NCBI GenBank assembly: GCA_965215565.1
Contig: CBDCDZ010000004.1
Span: forward strand, 2,368,001-2,432,000
Length of the DNA: 64,000 nt
Direction: 5' to 3'
Source of the DNA: Trueperaceae bacterium
Lineage (GTDB): Bacteria > Deinococcota > Deinococci > Deinococcales > Trueperaceae
A model generated the notes under the pieces. It was given only the letters and a program-made list of their open reading frames with translations. It had not been told where the DNA came from and made no database searches. Shown here piece after piece: positions 31,162 to 41,374 of this stretch; the first letter of the stretch is position 1; every line of letters begins with the position of its first letter. Position numbers and translations under genes: made by a program.

Positions 31162-31740
31162 ATGAAAAACACCATCATCTATCTTTTGGGTCACGAAGGA
31201 GTTGGTAAATACACCATCGGCAAAGCGCTTGCTGCTTTAACGGGTGCAAAATTGGTGGATAATCACAGTATCAACAATCCAATTTTTAGCGTGATACATA
31301 CGGACGGAAAGAATACCTTGCCATCAGGTGTATGGCACCGAGTAAGACAAATTCGCGCGGCTGTTTTCGAAACGATTGCAACGCTTTCACCTCCCGAGTA
31401 TAGCTTTATCTTCACCAACGCTTCTACAGGGCGACCCAAAGACATCGTGGTTTACAATCAGATACTCGAGATTGCGACCTTACGCTCGAGTCTTTTTGTC
31501 GTGGTGCGTTTGGCTTGTAGCACAGAGGAAATAACCAAAAGAATCGTAAGAGATGACCGAAAAGCTCGCTATAAATCGATAAATGCTGTTGCGGCGAAGT
31601 ACCGTAATGAAAACGAAGAAGTTTACAGCCCACCGCATGAGCATGTATTTGACCTTGATGTTTCAACTTTATCGCCAGAAACCGCTGCAAAAGAAATTGT
31701 AAATTTTGTAAAAGAATGCAGAAAGGCGTCAGTGTTTTGA
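31162..31740 (+). CDS. P-loop kinase-like protein (AAA_33/shikimate kinase-like)
   Basis: GHEGVGKYT Walker A; LVDNH; AT-richer codons. Confidence 0.7.
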   Translation: MKNTIIYLLGHEGVGKYTIGKALAALTGAKLVDNHSINNPIFSVIHTDGKNTLPSGVWHRVRQIRAAVFETIATLSPPEYSFIFTNASTGRPKDIVVYNQILEIATLRSSLFVVVRLACSTEEITKRIVRDDRKARYKSINAVAAKYRNENEEVYSPPHEHVFDLDVSTLSPETAAKEIVNFVKECRKASVF

Positions 31741-31757
31741 CACCTCAAGACGCTCCA

Positions 31758-31976
31758 TCAAGGTTGTGCGACAGGGCGAAGCTCATAAATCTGCCCATAC
31801 CGAGCCGCCGAGTCTAAATCGTTCTGGCGAAGCGCATCTCTCACGTCGTCCAATCTGTACGCATCCTCGACGCTCAAGAGGGGCGACCAACCGGTTTCGT
31901 CCTCAACGAATGTGACTTCAACCTCTGCTACGTATTGCCCTTCGTGCACGTACTTCGTTTTCAGCCGCCGTTTCAT
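31758..31976 (-). CDS. Small conserved protein, putative antitoxin
   Basis: KYVHEGQYVAEVEV...WSP.LSVEDAYRLDDVR. Confidence 0.7.
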   Translation of the reverse strand: MKRRLKTKYVHEGQYVAEVEVTFVEDETGWSPLLSVEDAYRLDDVRDALRQNDLDSAARYGQIYELRPVAQP

Positions 31977-32023
31977 CTTCACCGCCTTTTCGTGAAACCT
32001 TCGTCCCACCACTCAGGATTCAG

Positions 32024-32455
32024 CTACGTTGCACCTAACTTTGCTCTAAGCGTGTCACTCGTCCATGTCACTACGCCGCAGCCTAGGAAATCTTTGTCTT
32101 GCGTCCAAATATTAGCCCTCATGGCTAGAGCGAGTGCTACCGAGTGCCAGTCATCGGGGTCACGCGGAATGCGGGTCAAAGCTTCATCTTTGAAATGGCT
32201 GTACTCTATCTCGTCAGATACGGTAAGCCGCTGCTCCGCTGAAGTTGCGGCAACCGCGAGTATCGCTGTAGCTATTTCCTCAGAAAGCTTCTTTCGCTCT
32301 GCAACAATATCGACACGTTTACGGAGTTCATGCTGAGCCTCTTCCCACACTTTTGCGGCTAGGAAAAGCTCGAGCCTTTTACCCGCTATAAGTTTTCTAC
32401 CTTTCGCTTTCAGAAGTTCCCCAACAAGAATATTAGCGTCAACGACTAAACGCAT
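32024..32455 (-). CDS. PIN domain toxin (VapC-like)
   Basis: LVVDANIL, RDPDD, IWTQDKDF. Confidence 0.88.
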   Translation of the reverse strand: MRLVVDANILVGELLKAKGRKLIAGKRLELFLAAKVWEEAQHELRKRVDIVAERKKLSEEIATAILAVAATSAEQRLTVSDEIEYSHFKDEALTRIPRDPDDWHSVALALAMRANIWTQDKDFLGCGVVTWTSDTLRAKLGAT

Positions 32456-32696
32456 TGTCTCGCTTGATTGTAAAGAGGTCTGCCAACTCGTCCTCGGTCA
32501 AGCCACTTTCATCCATAGCGCGTTGAATGAGCGCTTCTAAACGCGCCGTGGTCTTCTCTATCTCCGCCTCGTCTTTCTTCTTGACTGGAATAAAGTAGCC
32601 TACAGGGTGTCCATGCCGCTCAATCAGCATCGTCTCACCCGTTGCAAGCAGCTTCGTCGCGTTATCCCTAAATTCTTTGATGCCTACTTTGCGCAT
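32439..32696 (-). CDS. Phd/YefM-type antitoxin
   Basis: VGIKEFRDN...IERHGHPVG; overlaps the PIN gene. Confidence 0.85.
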   Translation of the reverse strand: MRKVGIKEFRDNATKLLATGETMLIERHGHPVGYFIPVKKKDEAEIEKTTARLEALIQRAMDESGLTEDELADLFTIKRDNAFSR

Positions 32697-32796
32697 AGTG
32701 GCTCCTTAGTGGTCACTTTTTAGTAGTTTAGCACGACTCGAGCCCCAACCACAAAAAAGCGCACCTGCCGAAACAGATGCGCCCTGATGCTAAGTT

Positions 32797-32884
32797 TGTA
32801 TCACGCAGAAATCATCTCTGAAAGTGCGTGCTAATCTGGCAGCTTAAACACCCAGAGCGTTTGTGACCAGATGAGGTTCCGCTA
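32797..32884 (-). mobile_element. TAGCA repeat family copy F, short diverged form
   Basis: GCAGAAATCATCT...AGTGCGTGCTA...GACCAGATGAGGTTCCGCTA. Confidence 0.7.
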
Positions 32885-32905
32885 GCCCAGGGGCTGAGAC
32901 CTGCT

Positions 32906-33610
32906 TTACTCACTAGCCTCATCTAAAAACTGCTGCAACTTATCCATATTCACCGCAATCGGTGCACGGCGGCGGCGGACTGCACCGTACTCTAAGAGGC
33001 GAGCCAAGCAGTGCGAGACGGTCTCGCGGGTCGCGCCGATCATCTTGGCGAGGTCTTGCTGGGTGAGGTTGAGGTCGATGACCGTGCCGCGGTCGCCTTC
33101 GTAGCCAAAGTCATGAGCTAAGCGGAGGAGCAGATTGGCTAAGCGTCCGGGTGCGTCGAACGCGCCGACTTCCGCGAAGCGGGTCTGGGCTTGCCAGAGG
33201 TTCGTGGACATGACCTGCATGAACTTCATGGCGATGCGGGGCTGCTGCTGCAAGAGGCGCTGGAAGTCGCTCTCGGGCAAGACGATGAGCGTGGTGTCCA
33301 TGACCGCTTCGGCTTGGTTGGGGCGGCGCTCGCTCGGGAGGAGCAAGAGTTCACCGAAGGTATCGTACTTGCCGAAAAGCGCTAAGATCATCTCTTTACC
33401 GTTCGGGAAGTACATGGAGATTTTGACCATGCCCTCGCGGACGAAGTAGAGCGCGTCGGCGGGGTCTTCCATGTGGTAGATGATGTCGCCCGTCTTAAAG
33501 CGCTTGTACGGGGTGATGCGCGAGAGTTCCTCGAGTTCGTCTTCGGAGAGGTCTTCGAAGAGCTGCGTGTTTTTCAGGTGCCACACTAAGCTTGGGTAAT
33601 CTTGCATCAT
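32906..33610 (-). CDS. Crp/Fnr family transcriptional regulator
   Basis: cNMP domain FGE motif; HTH LTQQDLAKMIGATRETVS. Confidence 0.95.
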   Translation of the reverse strand: MMQDYPSLVWHLKNTQLFEDLSEDELEELSRITPYKRFKTGDIIYHMEDPADALYFVREGMVKISMYFPNGKEMILALFGKYDTFGELLLLPSERRPNQAEAVMDTTLIVLPESDFQRLLQQQPRIAMKFMQVMSTNLWQAQTRFAEVGAFDAPGRLANLLLRLAHDFGYEGDRGTVIDLNLTQQDLAKMIGATRETVSHCLARLLEYGAVRRRRAPIAVNMDKLQQFLDEASE

Positions 33611-34076
33611 GGGGAAAGTCTACCCTACCCGTGCCCCCTTTGTGTGGCGTTTTTCACGTTAAATATCTTACATCAGGGTTTTTTCGTACACAGGGGAATG
33701 TTGATAAATTCGCTGTCCGCCGCACTTTCCGCGTTTTTTCTTACACTTCACTTCACCGCGTGATGGTTGTACATATAGATTTTCTCACACAATTTTACAG
33801 TAATTATTTTACGTTTTTGTGAAGTTTTTTACCGAAAACGCGAAGTGTGAAGTCGGTATGAAATAATGTGAAGTCGCATAATAGACTTTTATACAGCGAA
33901 CTATGCACCACAAGAGTCGATTCTACACCAGGCAGGGTTATGGTTCAGGGTAGTTTTCTGGTCGAGCGGTTGGAAGTCGAACTAAACCTCTCAACTTTTA
34001 AGAAGGACGGCTCCACCTCTCGCCTTTCAAACGCTGGAGAGGTTTCCTCTGCCTATCCGCAAGTTACCCTACAACC

Positions 34077-34529
34077 TTACGCCTTCACGTTCTCCTCCGA
34101 GGGCTCCGCCCCTTCGCTGCCGCAGGCGTCCCATTCGTCCACGCTATTCTCCTCTTCGTAGATGGTGAGACCGTGCAGATAGCCCGAACGCGCCACCATG
34201 TAGCCCGATAGGGGCGCAGTGAGCAGAAAGAACATCGCGATAAGCAGCAGCCGCGTCGTCGCCAGGGTATCGTTAAAGACGAGCGCGGAGCCAAGAAAGA
34301 TGCCGAAACCGCCGAGCGTTACGACCTTCGTCGAGGCGTGCAGGCGCGTGTAGAAGTCAGGGAAGCGGAACATGCCGAGTGCGCCCACAAGGATGAAAAA
34401 GCTGCCGATGAGGGTGAGTAAATCGAAGATGAAGTAGGGCGCACTCCGGTCTATCGTCGTTTCGGACTGGGCGTAGCCCGCCGACGCGAGGAGCAGAGTA
34501 ACCGTGAGTAGAGGCGCGGTACGCTTCAT
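34077..34529 (-). CDS. mrpG: Mrp Na+/H+ antiporter subunit G
   Basis: RFPDFYTRLHASTK, LTAP. Confidence 0.92.
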   Translation of the reverse strand: MKRTAPLLTVTLLLASAGYAQSETTIDRSAPYFIFDLLTLIGSFFILVGALGMFRFPDFYTRLHASTKVVTLGGFGIFLGSALVFNDTLATTRLLLIAMFFLLTAPLSGYMVARSGYLHGLTIYEEENSVDEWDACGSEGAEPSEENVKA

Positions 34530-34783
34530 TTCATCACCTTGCCCGAGAGCAAGTAGCGGGCGAGGGCGACGGTGCCCAAAAAGCCCAAGATGGAGACGAG
34601 TAGGGCGACGTCTAGGAGGCTCGAGTACCCCGTCCTGAGCGCCACCACGACGATCAAAAGCGCCAAATTCACGGCTAAAAAGTCGAACGCGGCGATGCGG
34701 TCGCCGACGGTTGGACCCTTCAAGACGCGGTAGGTGCCGAGACCGAAGGAAATAATTAAACAGACCAGTGCGATAAAAACCAT
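34526..34783 (-). CDS. mrpF: Mrp antiporter subunit F
   Basis: GPTVGDRIAAFD, GFLGTVALARY. Confidence 0.92.
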   Translation of the reverse strand: MVFIALVCLIISFGLGTYRVLKGPTVGDRIAAFDFLAVNLALLIVVVALRTGYSSLLDVALLVSILGFLGTVALARYLLSGKVMK

Positions 34784-34800
34784 GCGTTCCTTTCTAAAGA

Positions 34801-34851
34801 AGCTTTTAGCTATTAACTGTTAGCTAAAAGCTGACGGCTAATAGCTAAAGC
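34801..34851. repeat. Heptamer-based palindromic repeat
   Basis: AGCTTTT AGCTATT AACTGTT AGCT / AGCTGACG GCTAATA GCTAAAGC; related to 1018-1071. Confidence 0.65.
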
Positions 34852-34867
34852 AATTTTTGGTAGTTCG

Positions 34868-34951
34868 GCTAGCACGGGTATCATCTATAAACGTATGAGC
34901 TAAGCGGTGGCTTCTCTACTCATAGCGTCTGTGACCAGATAATACCTGCTA
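34868..34951 (-). mobile_element. TAGCA repeat family copy G, short form, inside the mrp operon
   Basis: GGGTATCATCT...GACCAGATAATACCTGCTA; its terminal TAG is the mrpE stop codon. Confidence 0.75.
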
Positions 34952-35422
34952 CTTCATAAACCCCATAATGAGCGTCTCCATCTTCGTCACGCTCTCCTTA
35001 GCGTCCTCCAAACTCGCGCCCATCGCGTGCGCGTAGAGCTGTTTGCGGTCATTGGATACCCCCATCGCCACGGTGCCGGGTAAGAGGGTGATCGTCGCGG
35101 AGAGGAGCGAGATCGCGGCGTCGCTCTCTACACGGATGGGAACGGCGATGACGTTGGTGTCGAAAGCGGACTTGGGCTGCAAGGTGAGCTTGGCGATAAT
35201 GAGGTTAGCGATGACGAGTTCTTTGGTAAAGGAGAGAACAAAGCGCCCGAACGCCACGAGCTTGCGCGGGAAGGAGCGTTCGTTGCTGCTGACGAGGCTG
35301 ATGAGGAGTAAACCCAGCACGAGCCCGACGAGCAGGTTGAAGAGGGCGGACTCCACCGTTCCTGCGCCGATGATAAAAACCCAGAGGAGCGTGATGAGGA
35401 CGACTGCTAAAATGTCATTCAC
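34949..35422 (-). CDS. mrpE: Mrp antiporter subunit E
   Basis: ITLLPGT, LYAH; GTG start overlapping the mrpD stop. Confidence 0.88.
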   Translation of the reverse strand: MNDILAVVLITLLWVFIIGAGTVESALFNLLVGLVLGLLLISLVSSNERSFPRKLVAFGRFVLSFTKELVIANLIIAKLTLQPKSAFDTNVIAVPIRVESDAAISLLSATITLLPGTVAMGVSNDRKQLYAHAMGASLEDAKESVTKMETLIMGFMK

Positions 35423-36968
35423 TTCTAGCCTCCGCTTGTTCTGCCGGTTCATTACCTGCTTGGTCTGCGTCACCTAGCACAGCGGTGATGTACTCGCTGG
35501 TGTTACTAAGTTGCGCCGCGACACGCTCGGTAGCGTTATAAACGGGACCGCTCAGCACCGTCAGGACGACGATGAGGCTCACTGCGGACCCTGTCGCAAT
35601 GGACATCCCCCTCGGCAAGCTCACGCGGTGCACGGCGTCGCTTTCGCCCCAGAAGAAGTTGCGCCAGATGGATAAGCCCGCATATAAAAGGAGGAAGCTC
35701 GAGACCATCGCCGCCGCCACCGCCCAAGCGTTGAGCGCTCCGCCGTCCGCGAGGAGTGCCTGCACGAGTCCGAACTTGCCGATAAAACCGCTCAGTGGCG
35801 GCAAGCCAGCCAGCGCAATCGCCCCGATGAAAAAGCCCGCGCCGAGAAACGGGTACGACGCCAAATGCCCTTCGCTGTAGTAGTTTTGCCCGCCGAGCTT
35901 CTCACTCAACCCTGCAATTAAGAAGAGCGCAAAGATGACCAAGACCGAGTTGATGAAGTAGTAGAGCGTCGCGCTCAGCGCGGCTTCCGTGCCGACAAAG
36001 GTACCCATCACGATGTACCCGACGCTCGCCACGTTCGCGAACGACAGGAGGTAACGCCAGCGCTGCTGCGAAATCGCGCCGAAGCCGCCCACCACCATCG
36101 TCACCGCCGCGAGCGCCAAGAGGACGCTCTGCAGGAGCGTCTGGTCAGGGAACATGAGCGTAAAGGCGCGAATGAGCGCGTACGCGCCGACTTTGGTCAA
36201 AATCGCGCCGAAGTAGGCGCTGATGGCGGACGGCGGCACCGGGTAGCTGTACGGCAGCCAGAAGCCGAGCGGGAAGACGGCTGCTTTAGTCGCGAAGACA
36301 AGCGCGAGCATGAGGGCGACGACGGTCACGCGGGGGTCCGTGACCCCTTCCAAACGCTGCGCGATGTCCGCCATGTTGAGCGTCCCAAAAAGCCCGTACG
36401 AAAAGCCCGCCGCGACGACGAAAATCGCCGAGGCGACGAGGTTGATGACGACGTACTTGAAGCCTTCGCGGAGCTGCGCCACCTCGCCGCCGATGATGAG
36501 GAGCCCGTACGAGGCGATGAGCATGACCTCGAACGAGACGAAGAGGTTGAACAGATCGCCCGTCAAGAAGGACATGTGGACGCCCATGAAAAGGAACTGG
36601 AGGAGCGCGTGTGCGCCGAAGGATTCGCGGGCGCGGTTTAAGAGCGCCGTCTGCCCCCTCCTCGGGGTGTGTTGGAAGCTCGAGGAGGCAAAAATCACGC
36701 AGATGAGCGACACGGTGCCCGACAACACGAGCATGATGCCCGTGAGCCCGTCCGCCACGACGGAGATGCCGAAGGGCGCGGGCCAGTCCGCCATCTGCAA
36801 GACGAGCACCTCGCCCGAGAGGGTGCGCATGAAGATAAGTACGCTGACCGCGAGCGTCACGGCGCTGCCGAGCACGGCGACGGCGGTCCTCGCGCGGTGC
36901 CCCTGAACGACGAGCAGCACGATACCTAAAAATAGCGGGATGAGGATGGGGAGGCTAACGAGGTTCAA
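35415..36968 (-). CDS. mrpD: Mrp antiporter subunit D
   Basis: TGDLFNLFVSFEVML, WLP.SY, LTKVG, GLPPLSGF.GK. Confidence 0.95.
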   Translation of the reverse strand: MNLVSLPILIPLFLGIVLLVVQGHRARTAVAVLGSAVTLAVSVLIFMRTLSGEVLVLQMADWPAPFGISVVADGLTGIMLVLSGTVSLICVIFASSSFQHTPRRGQTALLNRARESFGAHALLQFLFMGVHMSFLTGDLFNLFVSFEVMLIASYGLLIIGGEVAQLREGFKYVVINLVASAIFVVAAGFSYGLFGTLNMADIAQRLEGVTDPRVTVVALMLALVFATKAAVFPLGFWLPYSYPVPPSAISAYFGAILTKVGAYALIRAFTLMFPDQTLLQSVLLALAAVTMVVGGFGAISQQRWRYLLSFANVASVGYIVMGTFVGTEAALSATLYYFINSVLVIFALFLIAGLSEKLGGQNYYSEGHLASYPFLGAGFFIGAIALAGLPPLSGFIGKFGLVQALLADGGALNAWAVAAAMVSSFLLLYAGLSIWRNFFWGESDAVHRVSLPRGMSIATGSAVSLIVVLTVLSGPVYNATERVAAQLSNTSEYITAVLGDADQAGNEPAEQAEARSE

Positions 36969-37429
36969 TCTGCCGCCTCGTCCATCTCGCCCTTGGAGGC
37001 GGGCTCGTTCGAATCTGCCTTACCCGAATCTGACTTCGTGGTTTCGGGTGAAATCGAAGGCTGCTCAGGGTCGGCGTAGACGTGCTGCGGTCTAACCGGG
37101 TCGGGCTTATCAATGAGTTCTTGCACGTGGTCGGTGTTCGTCGCTTGGTACGCCCGCACCGAGAGAACTAAAAGGAGCGCCGTCGTGCCGAAGCCGATGA
37201 CGATAGCGGTCAGGATGAGGGCTTGGGGCAAGGGGTCCACGTAGGTCTCGCCTGCGCCCAAAAGGGGCGGCGCGTTGAGTTCCATGCCCGTCACCAGCAA
37301 GATGCTGATGTTGACACCATACGCAATCAGGGAAAGCCCGATAATAAGGCGAATCATCGCCCGCGACAGGACGAGAAACACGCCCGTGCCGACTAAAACA
37401 GCGGCGAGCAGCGGTAAGAGGAGTTCCAT
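36965..37429 (-). CDS. mrpC: Mrp antiporter subunit C
   Basis: DPLPQALILTAIVIGF. Confidence 0.95.
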   Translation of the reverse strand: MELLLPLLAAVLVGTGVFLVLSRAMIRLIIGLSLIAYGVNISILLVTGMELNAPPLLGAGETYVDPLPQALILTAIVIGFGTTALLLVLSVRAYQATNTDHVQELIDKPDPVRPQHVYADPEQPSISPETTKSDSGKADSNEPASKGEMDEAAD

Positions 37430-38011
37430 CTAATCGGTTCCTTCCGGTGCGTTTTGCTGATCGGATTGGGCGCTCTCCTTCATGTCGGGGTGCGCTTGAA
37501 GCGTCCCAGGGTCCATCTCGCCATAATCGCTCAGGGTCTCATCGGTGTTGCCCGCGAGCAGCTCGATGATGGTCAAGGTCGAGCCTACCACCACCATAAA
37601 GACGCCCGCGTCAAAGAGCACCGCCGTCGCCCACTCGAACTCGCCGATGAGGGGCCATGTCAGGTAGCCGTAGGCGCTCGTCAGGAAGGGCAAACCGAGA
37701 AAGAGCGGCACGACGCCCGTCGCGAAGGCTAAAAGTAACCCCCAGGGGATGAGGGCGCTGGGCGAGCCGCGCACGAGGGGGCGGTCTAACACGATGCGCG
37801 ACAAAAGCGCCGCCACCGCGATGACGAGCCCCGCGATAAAGCCGCCCCCCGGCGAGCCGTGACCGCGCAAGAAGAGGTGCAAGCCTAGTAGAACGAGCAC
37901 GTAGATGACGGGCCGCGTAAAGGTGCGGAAGAAGATTTCTAGGTGGTCCGTCGTCGCGCCGACGCCCTGCTCGCCCTTATGGTCACTACCTTTTACGGGT
38001 TGGTCAGCCAC
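37430..38011 (-). CDS. mrpB: Mrp antiporter subunit B
   Basis: GHGSPGGGFIAG, FDAGVF.VV. Confidence 0.92.
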   Translation of the reverse strand: MADQPVKGSDHKGEQGVGATTDHLEIFFRTFTRPVIYVLVLLGLHLFLRGHGSPGGGFIAGLVIAVAALLSRIVLDRPLVRGSPSALIPWGLLLAFATGVVPLFLGLPFLTSAYGYLTWPLIGEFEWATAVLFDAGVFMVVVGSTLTIIELLAGNTDETLSDYGEMDPGTLQAHPDMKESAQSDQQNAPEGTD

Positions 38012-40310
38012 CTTCGTCCCCCTTCTCTTCTCGTGATGCGTCTTCTGCTATAGGTGCGGTTTTCATCTTGAGGAGCGCGTAGACCGACACGCCTACGACG
38101 GCGAGCACGGTAATCTCCCCCATCGTGTCGTAGCCGCGAAAGTCCACCAGAATCACGTTGACGACGTTGTTGCCGCCGCCGCCCTTCTTGCTGTTCTCTA
38201 AAAACCAGTCCTTGAGCCGCTCGGCGATGGGCGTCTGCACCGCGACGAGCGTGGTGAAGACCGTCAGCCCCACGGACGACGCCAGGAGCGTGTCGAACGC
38301 GGTGCTCGCTTTAGAGCGCGTGTAGCGCGTGAGCTGCGGCAAATAGCGAAAGACCGCCAAGAACAAGATGACCGTGACCGTCTCGATGAGAAGCTGCGTC
38401 AGGGCTAAGTCGGGGGCGCGGAGCATGACGAAAATCGCCGCCGACGAGAGCCCTGCTAAACCCATGAAGATAAGAGCGCTGAGGCGGGTTCTCGAGACCA
38501 GCAGCCCCCCCGCGCCCGAAAGTACCAAGAGAGAAGGCACGATGAACTCCAACGGCACCGGATTGAGTTGCGACAAGAAATCCGCAGAGATAAAGCGCCA
38601 CCCGAGCACGAGCCCCGCCAGCGCAAAGGGAATCCAGATGAGGCGCACGTGGTTGGCGAAACTCGTGTTCTGCGTGTGGTTCGTAACGAAGTTGGAGAGC
38701 CCTTCCAAGCCGCGCACCGAGGCGTAGTAGATGGTGTTGACGTTCCACGAAGGCGTGAGCGCCTCCTGCACCGAGGTGAAGCGTTTTTGAAACCAGTAGA
38801 TCGCGAAGCCGACTGCCCACGTGAGGACGGAAAGCCACAACACGAGCGAAAAACCGTGCCAGAGGTAGAGGTCGTGCGGCTCGAAACCCAAGGACGGCGC
38901 GGCGAGGTTCGTGAGCCACGTCGCGGTGACGGGCAGAAGACCGAACGCGAGCACGCCCAAGACGAGCGGCGTGACGGGCAGCCAGAAGCTCACCGAGGGG
39001 CGGTGAACGTCGGGCTTCTCCATCTTCAACTCGCCCCAGAAGACATCCAAAAAGCGCAAGCTGTACGCGAACGTCATCATGCTGCCCGTCACCGCGATAA
39101 CCATCGGTAAAACACCCTCATGCAGTATCTCCTCGTAGAAAAGCTCCTTGGAGATAAAGCCGCCGAAAGGAGGCAACCCCGCCATCGAAAGCGTCGCGGG
39201 CAGTGCCAGCGCGAACACGACGGGAAATTTGCGCATCAGCCCCGAGAGGTTGCGCAGGTCGCGGCTGCCCGTCTCGTGGTCGATGATGCCCACCACCATA
39301 AAGAGCGTCGCCTTGAACGCCGCGTGGTTGATGAGGTGCGCGGTCGCCGCGAAGGGGTGCCCCGCGCCGTAAAGCGCCATCAAGATGCCTAACTGCGAGA
39401 CCGTCGAGTACGCCAGGAGCGCTTTGAGGTCGTACTGGCGAATTGCCAGATACGAACCCCAGAACATCGTCGCCAGACCGATGAACAGAAGGGCAGTCGA
39501 GAACACCGTGCCGACAAAAAAGGGTCCTAACTTCGCCACCAAAAGCACGCCCGCCTTGACCATCGTCGCGGAATGCAGGTAAGCCGAAATCGGTGTGGGC
39601 GCTTCCATCGCGGTGGGCAGCCAGAGGTGAAAGGGAATTTGCGCCGACTTGGTCATGGCTGCCAAAAGGAGAAGTAAAGCGGCAGGGAAGAAAAGCGGTG
39701 ATTCTTGAATCGCCACTAAATCAAGTTCCGAGAGCTGCCCGCTGCCGCCTGCGATGCTCAGAAGCACTACACCGACCAGAAGCGCCAAGCCGCCGATGGC
39801 GGTAATCAGCATCGCCTTCATCGCCCCGTCTTGCGACGCCTTGCGGAAGTCCCAGTAGCCGATAAGTAGGAACGATGCAATCGAGGTCAGTTCCCAAAAG
39901 GCGAACAGCGCGACTAAGTTATCCGTCAGTACGAGCCCCATCATCGCGCCGCCAAAGAGCAAGAGGTAGCTGTAAAAGCGCCCGTAGCGCTCGCCCTTAC
40001 CCAAGTACGCCGAGGCGTAAAGCATAATCAGCGTGCCGATGCCCGAGACGACGAGCGCGAACAGCAGAGAGTAACCGTCCGCGCGGAAGGTGAGGGCTAG
40101 GTCGATGCCGGGCACCCACTCGAGATTCGCCACCGCCGGATTCCCTGACTTCGCCGCGCCCGAAAGCGTCGCCAGCCAGAGCCCCGGTACAAACGAAAGC
40201 GCGAGCAAGAGCCCCGTTCTCGCCTTGAGGACCGTCGCTACTAAGGGCGCGAGCAGCGCCGCGACAAAGGGCGAAAAGACCGCCGCGAAAAGAAGTATCT
40301 GTGCGTTCAT
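38004..40310 (-). CDS. mrpA: Mrp antiporter subunit A
   Basis: [52 protein letters not shown]. Confidence 0.96.
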   Translation of the reverse strand: MNAQILLFAAVFSPFVAALLAPLVATVLKARTGLLLALSFVPGLWLATLSGAAKSGNPAVANLEWVPGIDLALTFRADGYSLLFALVVSGIGTLIMLYASAYLGKGERYGRFYSYLLLFGGAMMGLVLTDNLVALFAFWELTSIASFLLIGYWDFRKASQDGAMKAMLITAIGGLALLVGVVLLSIAGGSGQLSELDLVAIQESPLFFPAALLLLLAAMTKSAQIPFHLWLPTAMEAPTPISAYLHSATMVKAGVLLVAKLGPFFVGTVFSTALLFIGLATMFWGSYLAIRQYDLKALLAYSTVSQLGILMALYGAGHPFAATAHLINHAAFKATLFMVVGIIDHETGSRDLRNLSGLMRKFPVVFALALPATLSMAGLPPFGGFISKELFYEEILHEGVLPMVIAVTGSMMTFAYSLRFLDVFWGELKMEKPDVHRPSVSFWLPVTPLVLGVLAFGLLPVTATWLTNLAAPSLGFEPHDLYLWHGFSLVLWLSVLTWAVGFAIYWFQKRFTSVQEALTPSWNVNTIYYASVRGLEGLSNFVTNHTQNTSFANHVRLIWIPFALAGLVLGWRFISADFLSQLNPVPLEFIVPSLLVLSGAGGLLVSRTRLSALIFMGLAGLSSAAIFVMLRAPDLALTQLLIETVTVILFLAVFRYLPQLTRYTRSKASTAFDTLLASSVGLTVFTTLVAVQTPIAERLKDWFLENSKKGGGGNNVVNVILVDFRGYDTMGEITVLAVVGVSVYALLKMKTAPIAEDASREEKGDEGG

Positions 40311-40535
40311 AAAATTACGGTCATCCTGCTATAGACCCCACCACATATCGCTCACGTCACCCAACCTCCTATAGATTCGTTCACGAGATAGAAACCGCAC
40401 TACAAGGACGGTGCAGCGCGTGAACTATCTCACTCGAGTGTCGCTGCCCAGTCTAACAGGATAGGGGTGGCTCGAGAAAGCCTTCCGCCTCATAAGTATT
40501 CGGTGTAGGGATGGCTCGAGGGAGCCAATGCGGGT

Positions 40536-41336
40536 CTAGGGATTGATACCCACCTCAACGCCACCCTCTTCAAAGAGCGTCTTGAGCGTCGCCAAGTTTT
40601 TAAGGGCGTGACCTTTCGTCGTGTTCATCATCATGATGTAGACTTGGCTGAGTTTGTCTTGCCGCGCCAAAATATCCACGACCCATTCGCGCAGTTCGTC
40701 CTTGTCGTAGAGATAGTCGTGCCGCTCCGCCGCGCTGTCCGCGCCGTACCAGTTCTTCTCGTTGCGCCCGTGCATCCTCAGATACGCCGTGTCCGAGGTG
40801 AGGTAGAGCTGCGGCGCAGGCATTCCGCTCACCTGCGGGTAGTCCACGCTGACGTAAACGAGACCCATCTCCTTGAAGCTGTCTCGCACCTCATCCATAT
40901 CCCACTGCTGATTGCGAAACTCGACGGCTAAGCGCTCGTCCTTGAAGTGCTCGACTAAGCCCGCGAGATACTTGCGGTTTTCGGGGGTGCGGTGGAAGGA
41001 GTAGGGGAACTGCGCTAAGAAGGGGCCGAGCATTCCGGCGTCGCGCAAAGGTTGGACGGACTCGAGCATCCGCTTATAAAGCTCCCCGTCCGCCTTTCTA
41101 TCGTGCGTCATCACCTTGTTGAGCTTCACCGCGAAGCGCACCTTCGCCTCGCTCTTGCGCACCATGCCCTCGAAGGCTTTGAGCCCTGGGATGGCGTAAA
41201 AGCTGCTGTTGAGTTCGACGGCGTTGAAGTGTTGGGCGTAGATGTTCAAGTAATCCGCAGATTTTGTGCCTTCTGGGTAGAGTTTGCCGAGCCAGTCGTC
41301 GTTGGAGTAGCCACCGGTGCCTAAGTAGACTTCCAT
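40536..41336 (-). CDS. DUF72 domain protein
   Basis: GTGGYS..W, VELNSSFY, QFPYSF, VEFR, RMHGR, YLY. Confidence 0.92.
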   Translation of the reverse strand: MEVYLGTGGYSNDDWLGKLYPEGTKSADYLNIYAQHFNAVELNSSFYAIPGLKAFEGMVRKSEAKVRFAVKLNKVMTHDRKADGELYKRMLESVQPLRDAGMLGPFLAQFPYSFHRTPENRKYLAGLVEHFKDERLAVEFRNQQWDMDEVRDSFKEMGLVYVSVDYPQVSGMPAPQLYLTSDTAYLRMHGRNEKNWYGADSAAERHDYLYDKDELREWVVDILARQDKLSQVYIMMMNTTKGHALKNLATLKTLFEEGGVEVGINP

Positions 41337-41374
41337 ATTTTTATTGTAGCCTCTAAGCAGCTTTCTTCTCTAAG

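Noticed and set aside
33868..34161. 97-aa ORF upstream of crp
   Set aside because: No RBS or recognisable motif; overlaps the mrpG 3' end and an AT-rich regulatory region.
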